A stretch of DNA of 47,209 nt from Octopus bimaculoides (Eukaryota). Within the stretch, counting starts at the first letter, position 1. Each line of letters opens with the position of its first letter. The stretch lies in NCBI RefSeq assembly GCF_001194135.2, contig NC_068999.1, positions 3,410,515 to 3,457,723 on the forward strand, given 5' to 3'. The translations under genes and the position numbers were made by a program. A model generated the notes under the pieces. It saw nothing but the letters and a program-made list of their open reading frames with translations. It had not been told where the DNA came from and searched no databases. Below are positions 43,591 to 47,209 of the stretch, piece by piece.

Positions 43591-43719
43591 ACCTATGGCT
43601 TCAGTTTCAGACCCACTATGCGACACCTTGGGCAAATGTCTTTAACTATAGTCCCAGGCTTTGTGAATGAATTTCGATGATGAAAATTGAAGGAAGCCTG
43701 CCATGTGTATATTTATAGG

Positions 43720-44100
43720 TGCGGGCGTGGGTGTGTGGTAAGAAGTTTGTTTCTTCAGCACATGGTTCTAGGTTCAGCTCCACTGAGTGACACCTTGGGC
43801 AAGTCTTCTACTAAAGCCTCAGGTATAGTACAAAGCTTGTGAGTGGACTTGGTAGATGGAAACTGAAAGAAGCTCGTCATCTATATATATCTGTGTGTGT
43901 GTTTGTTTGTCCCCCACACTGCTTGACAACCCGTAACTTAAGCAGTTTGGCAAAAGGGACCAATAGAAGGTAAGTATAAGGCTTAAAAGAAAAAAAAATA
44001 GTATTGGGGTTGATTTGTTTAACTAAAAACCCTTCGAGGCAGAACCCCAAACATGACCTCAGCCCTAACAATCTGAAACAAGATGAATGATAAAAGGGGT
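43720..44100 (+). mobile_element. SINE family B copy, preceded by another partial head at about 43590-43690
   Basis: gtgtggtaagaagtttg...ggttcagctccactgagtgacaccttgggcaagtc...cttgtgagtggacttggtagatggaaactgaaagaagc. Confidence 0.75.
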
Positions 44101-44263
44101 TTTGATATAGCGTGATAAGTGTAAACAAGCAGTGCCCATATTACCTTTCTTGGAAACAGGTAAGGGTTGGTGACAGGAAGGACATCCTGCCATAGAAAAT
44201 CTGCATCAATGAATTCCATCTGACACAGGCAAGCATGGAAAAGTGGACATTAAAACACCGATG

Positions 44264-44320
<57 letters not shown>

Positions 44321-44579
44321 GTATAGCCATGTTGTTTTGAGTTAATGGGTGAAAGGGTCCCATCACAGTTGTGCAATGAAGTGTGGATACAGAAACAAAA
44401 GACAATGTTTACAGAGAGCAGCCATGTGTGGAAAGCCATACAATAATCTACAATGGGATACATAGCTGGTCTCTGTGTACAGGAAAGATCATTAAAGTTA
44501 TTAAATGCCTACAAAAGGATTATCAAACCCAGTATCTGTCACCATTGAATCAATACAAATTCGTCCACACACGGATATC

Positions 44580-44740
44580 ATCATCACTCAAAGTTCTGTG
44601 CTGGCATGGGTTGGACGGCTCTACAGGATCTGACAAGCTCAAAGACTGTGGTTTCTACAGTTGGGGGCCCTTCCTAATGCCAACCACTTTAGAGATTGGA
44701 CTGAGTGCTTTTTTTCATGACACCGGTGCCAGTGGCGTCA
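44580..44740 (-). mobile_element. Family A 3' fragment; an opposite-orientation fragment lies at about 44150-44265
   Basis: ctggcatgggttggacgg...cccttcctaatgccaaccact...gagtgctttt. Confidence 0.65.
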
Positions 44741-44901
44741 CCATACAGCCCTCAAGGTTACATGATGACCTCAATGGTAACACACACACACACAGACAGT
44801 GCCCAAACGACCCTACTGTATTGTGTAGTCAACAAACTCAAAAACAATGTGTATGCATGAAATTAAAAATATAAGAAGGCAACAATTTACCCATTGCACC
44901 C

Positions 44902-44945
<44 letters not shown>

Positions 44946-45929
44946 AGAGCAGCATTTAACATCTACTTGTGCATGTGTGTACATAAACATAACATGTGGG
45001 ATATCTCTACATGAACTCACATGTAACTTTCGTTTCCTGTCTAACCAAATTCACCTCTAACATAATGTTACAAAAGTGTTTCTTTTAGTTTTCTGTTTTC
45101 TATATATTTTCTATGCTAATATGTGTAAGGCCAATTTACATAAATTTGCATACAATTGGAGTATTGACAGCTCATTTTCTATTGCTAAACTATTCCACTA
45201 TAAAGTAGTTGAACTTGTTTGTCAGCCATGCAGACTGGGGTAAATATTAGCAGTGGTTGTTAAACTTGCTCGAACAATACAATAACTGCAGCAACAGGGT
45301 TTGAACTCACAATCATATGGTTGGTAACTTGCGACACCTTAAATCTCACTGCTATTTTGATGCTTCAATAGACGCGTGGTAAAATCGAATTGCAGAAACA
45401 AATCAGAAAAAGAAGTGTCATTTAAGAACATGCAATATCCCATGGATTACAGTGTAATATCCCGATATGATCTCTTAACACTGCATCTAAGATAAAATCA
45501 ATTACACGTATTATTATTACTGGCAAGGCAGTAATCTTTGACGAGGCTTTTATTCTTAGAATATTGGAGATTAGTGGCTGGCTTAAATAATATTCCGTTA
45601 ACATCAGCTACAAGAATTTGGACAAATGGCAATCATTAACGGTAAAACAAGGAAATGGTCAGTTAGTATGGTTGTTCAATGTCCTGGAATTAAACAGATG
45701 GAATCGGTATTATGGAAATATAACACTCTCGCAATAATCTCCAGCATTTAGATTAGATTAACAACAATACACTTATTAATTTTTCACTAATCCTAATTTT
45801 TATTGCATGCGTTCACTGCAATTACTGAGTGCAGCTCTGTGCACCCTGGTGCAGTGTCTTGTTATTACTGTTACACTGATGGTGCTCCATGCAAAATCTG
45901 AATGCCGCTTAGGGGTGTCAGTTTCTGTG

Positions 45930-46350
45930 ATATGTGGCCATTTTTCTTTTTTTTTTTGCTTTATTTTTTAATCATTCCCAAAGTACCAGTTATTATTTGG
46001 GGGACTGTTTCTTGCTTCAGTCTCCACATTCTGCTTATCTCCATCTCCAGATCTTCATATTTCTACTTTCCAACATTCGTCGTCACTTGCCAGGGTTGGT
46101 ACTCTGGTGAGGAGGCATTTCTTCTCCTGGTGTCCTGGATAGCAATGTCGGACAAATTAATCTAGAATTCACTATTTGTGCAAATTAGTATAACCCATAA
46201 CATAGTTACTTTCTCATTCTCTGAGACTGTTCGTGCATTTTTGTATCCCCATTTCCTGCTGGCATAATAATCTCTTACTTTTCGAGCACCTTCCGGAGTA
46301 TTCAAGCGGTTCCAAGCAGTGCTGTTTTCTGCAAGTGCTCCACCCTTATT
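45930..46350 (-). pseudogene. R4/Dong-like (restriction-like endonuclease) non-LTR retrotransposon relics next to (TAA)n
   Basis: IRVEHLQKTALLGTA*ILRKVLEK* (C-terminus), followed by ENEKVTMLW...NLSDIAIQD...KYEDLEMEISRMWRLKQETVP..GTLGMIKK (RLE pattern PD...D...K..KY..L..E..RMW). Confidence 0.7.
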
Positions 46351-46409
46351 ATTATTATTATTATCATTATTAGTATTATTACCATTATCATTATTACTAT
46401 TATTATTAT

Positions 46410-46885
46410 TATTATTGTGTGAGAGAGAGCAGCACATGCCATCAAAGTGACACTGGAGTAAAATATATGAAGCCCAGTGTACCCACCATGACTACCCGTC
46501 CGATAAGGATACACCAGGCACATGCATCACAACCATATGTGCGTGACATAGTGATCTCATATCAAGATAAACAGCGCATGACCTTGAAGGTGGGGCCCAG
46601 TTAGAATTATCATCAGGTTGAGTAGCTCATCCCATTCAAACAGTCCCTAAATAAGGGTTGTTTAAGGATGTTGAGCAAAACACCCATGTTTCCAAAGGTG
46701 AATTATCCAAACCCCAAAGAATTCTCCCAACACATTGATTGCTATGATGCTCCCCCACTACTTCTGCTTGTGATCAGAGATGCACATATTGTCAGCCACC
46801 AAGGGACATGCTCAACTGGTTAAGGTCATGCAACTGACAAGCAAATCTGGGGTTTGGAGCAGAATATTTGCTGTGGCCCATCTTT
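46410..46885 (+). mobile_element. Family E interspersed repeat, second copy
   Basis: gtggggcccagttaga...aaacacc.atgtttcca.aggtgaattatccaaaccccaaagaatt...cagccaccaagggacatgct. Confidence 0.75.
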
Positions 46886-46896
46886 TATTTATTTAC

Positions 46897-47010
46897 TACT
46901 AGCAGAAATACCCGGCGTTGCCCGGGTTAAAGAGAATAATGAAATCTAAAAACGCCGTCTAGACTACGCAACCCTCAACTGTTAGTAGCTACGATACCAT
47001 ATTTCTACAT
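46897..47010 (+). mobile_element. Helitron-like element end
   Basis: actagcagaaat followed by hairpin acccgg-cgttgc-ccgggt, a configuration seen at animal non-autonomous Helitron-type termini. Confidence 0.4.
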
Positions 47011-47209
47011 TAATAACTCTCCAATCCATGCCAGCATGGAACATAGACATTAAGTGGAATGCTAGAAGAAAGTTTTCAACTCATATGTATACAAAGTAAA
47101 TACACGTAATTCAGAAACACGTTTTGTGAATTTTATTTCGTAACGAAACAAACAGGTACAGATTATAAACAATGAAAGGCCAATTTTGGTGATTCATTTG
47201 ACAGAGGTA

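Noticed and set aside
46162-46437. ORF with KVRDYY...G as a candidate glypican exon 1
   Set aside because: No signal peptide and no Cys at the expected place; the sequence is explained by R4/Dong-like relics and (AAT)n.

Overview
Eukaryotic, AT-rich, microsatellite- and SINE-dense draft scaffold with many N gaps. The repeat landscape looks like an octopus or other coleoid cephalopod genome; this is an inference from the repeat families, not a database result. One protein-coding gene is well supported: a minus-strand glypican of the GPC4/GPC6/dally-like branch. Seven GT-AG exons (35303-35464, 19776-20167, 12918-13083, 10337-10467, 9284-9624, 7930-8096, 6579-6847) join in frame into 1628 nt. 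They encode 13 of the 14 glypican cysteines, the [10 protein letters not shown] motif, a Ser-Gly heparan-sulfate cluster and a GPI-type tail. Exon 1 (signal peptide and first Cys) was not found; it lies in a gap or beyond the window. The rest is intronic or intergenic: several SINE families including a CORE-SINE, relics of RTE, CR1-like and R4/Dong-like LINEs, mariner, piggyBac-like, Tc2-like and Helitron-like pieces, minisatellites and simple repeats. The most unusual observations are (1) a decayed minimal hammerhead ribozyme inside what appears to be a tRNA-headed short retroelement, set back-to-back with a second copy, and (2) an in-frame 54-nt GT-AG segment inside glypican exon 6 that accounts for most of an insertion relative to vertebrate GPC4 and ends at the centre of a perfect 14-bp palindrome. 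Most ORF-track entries are microsatellite or N-gap artefacts.
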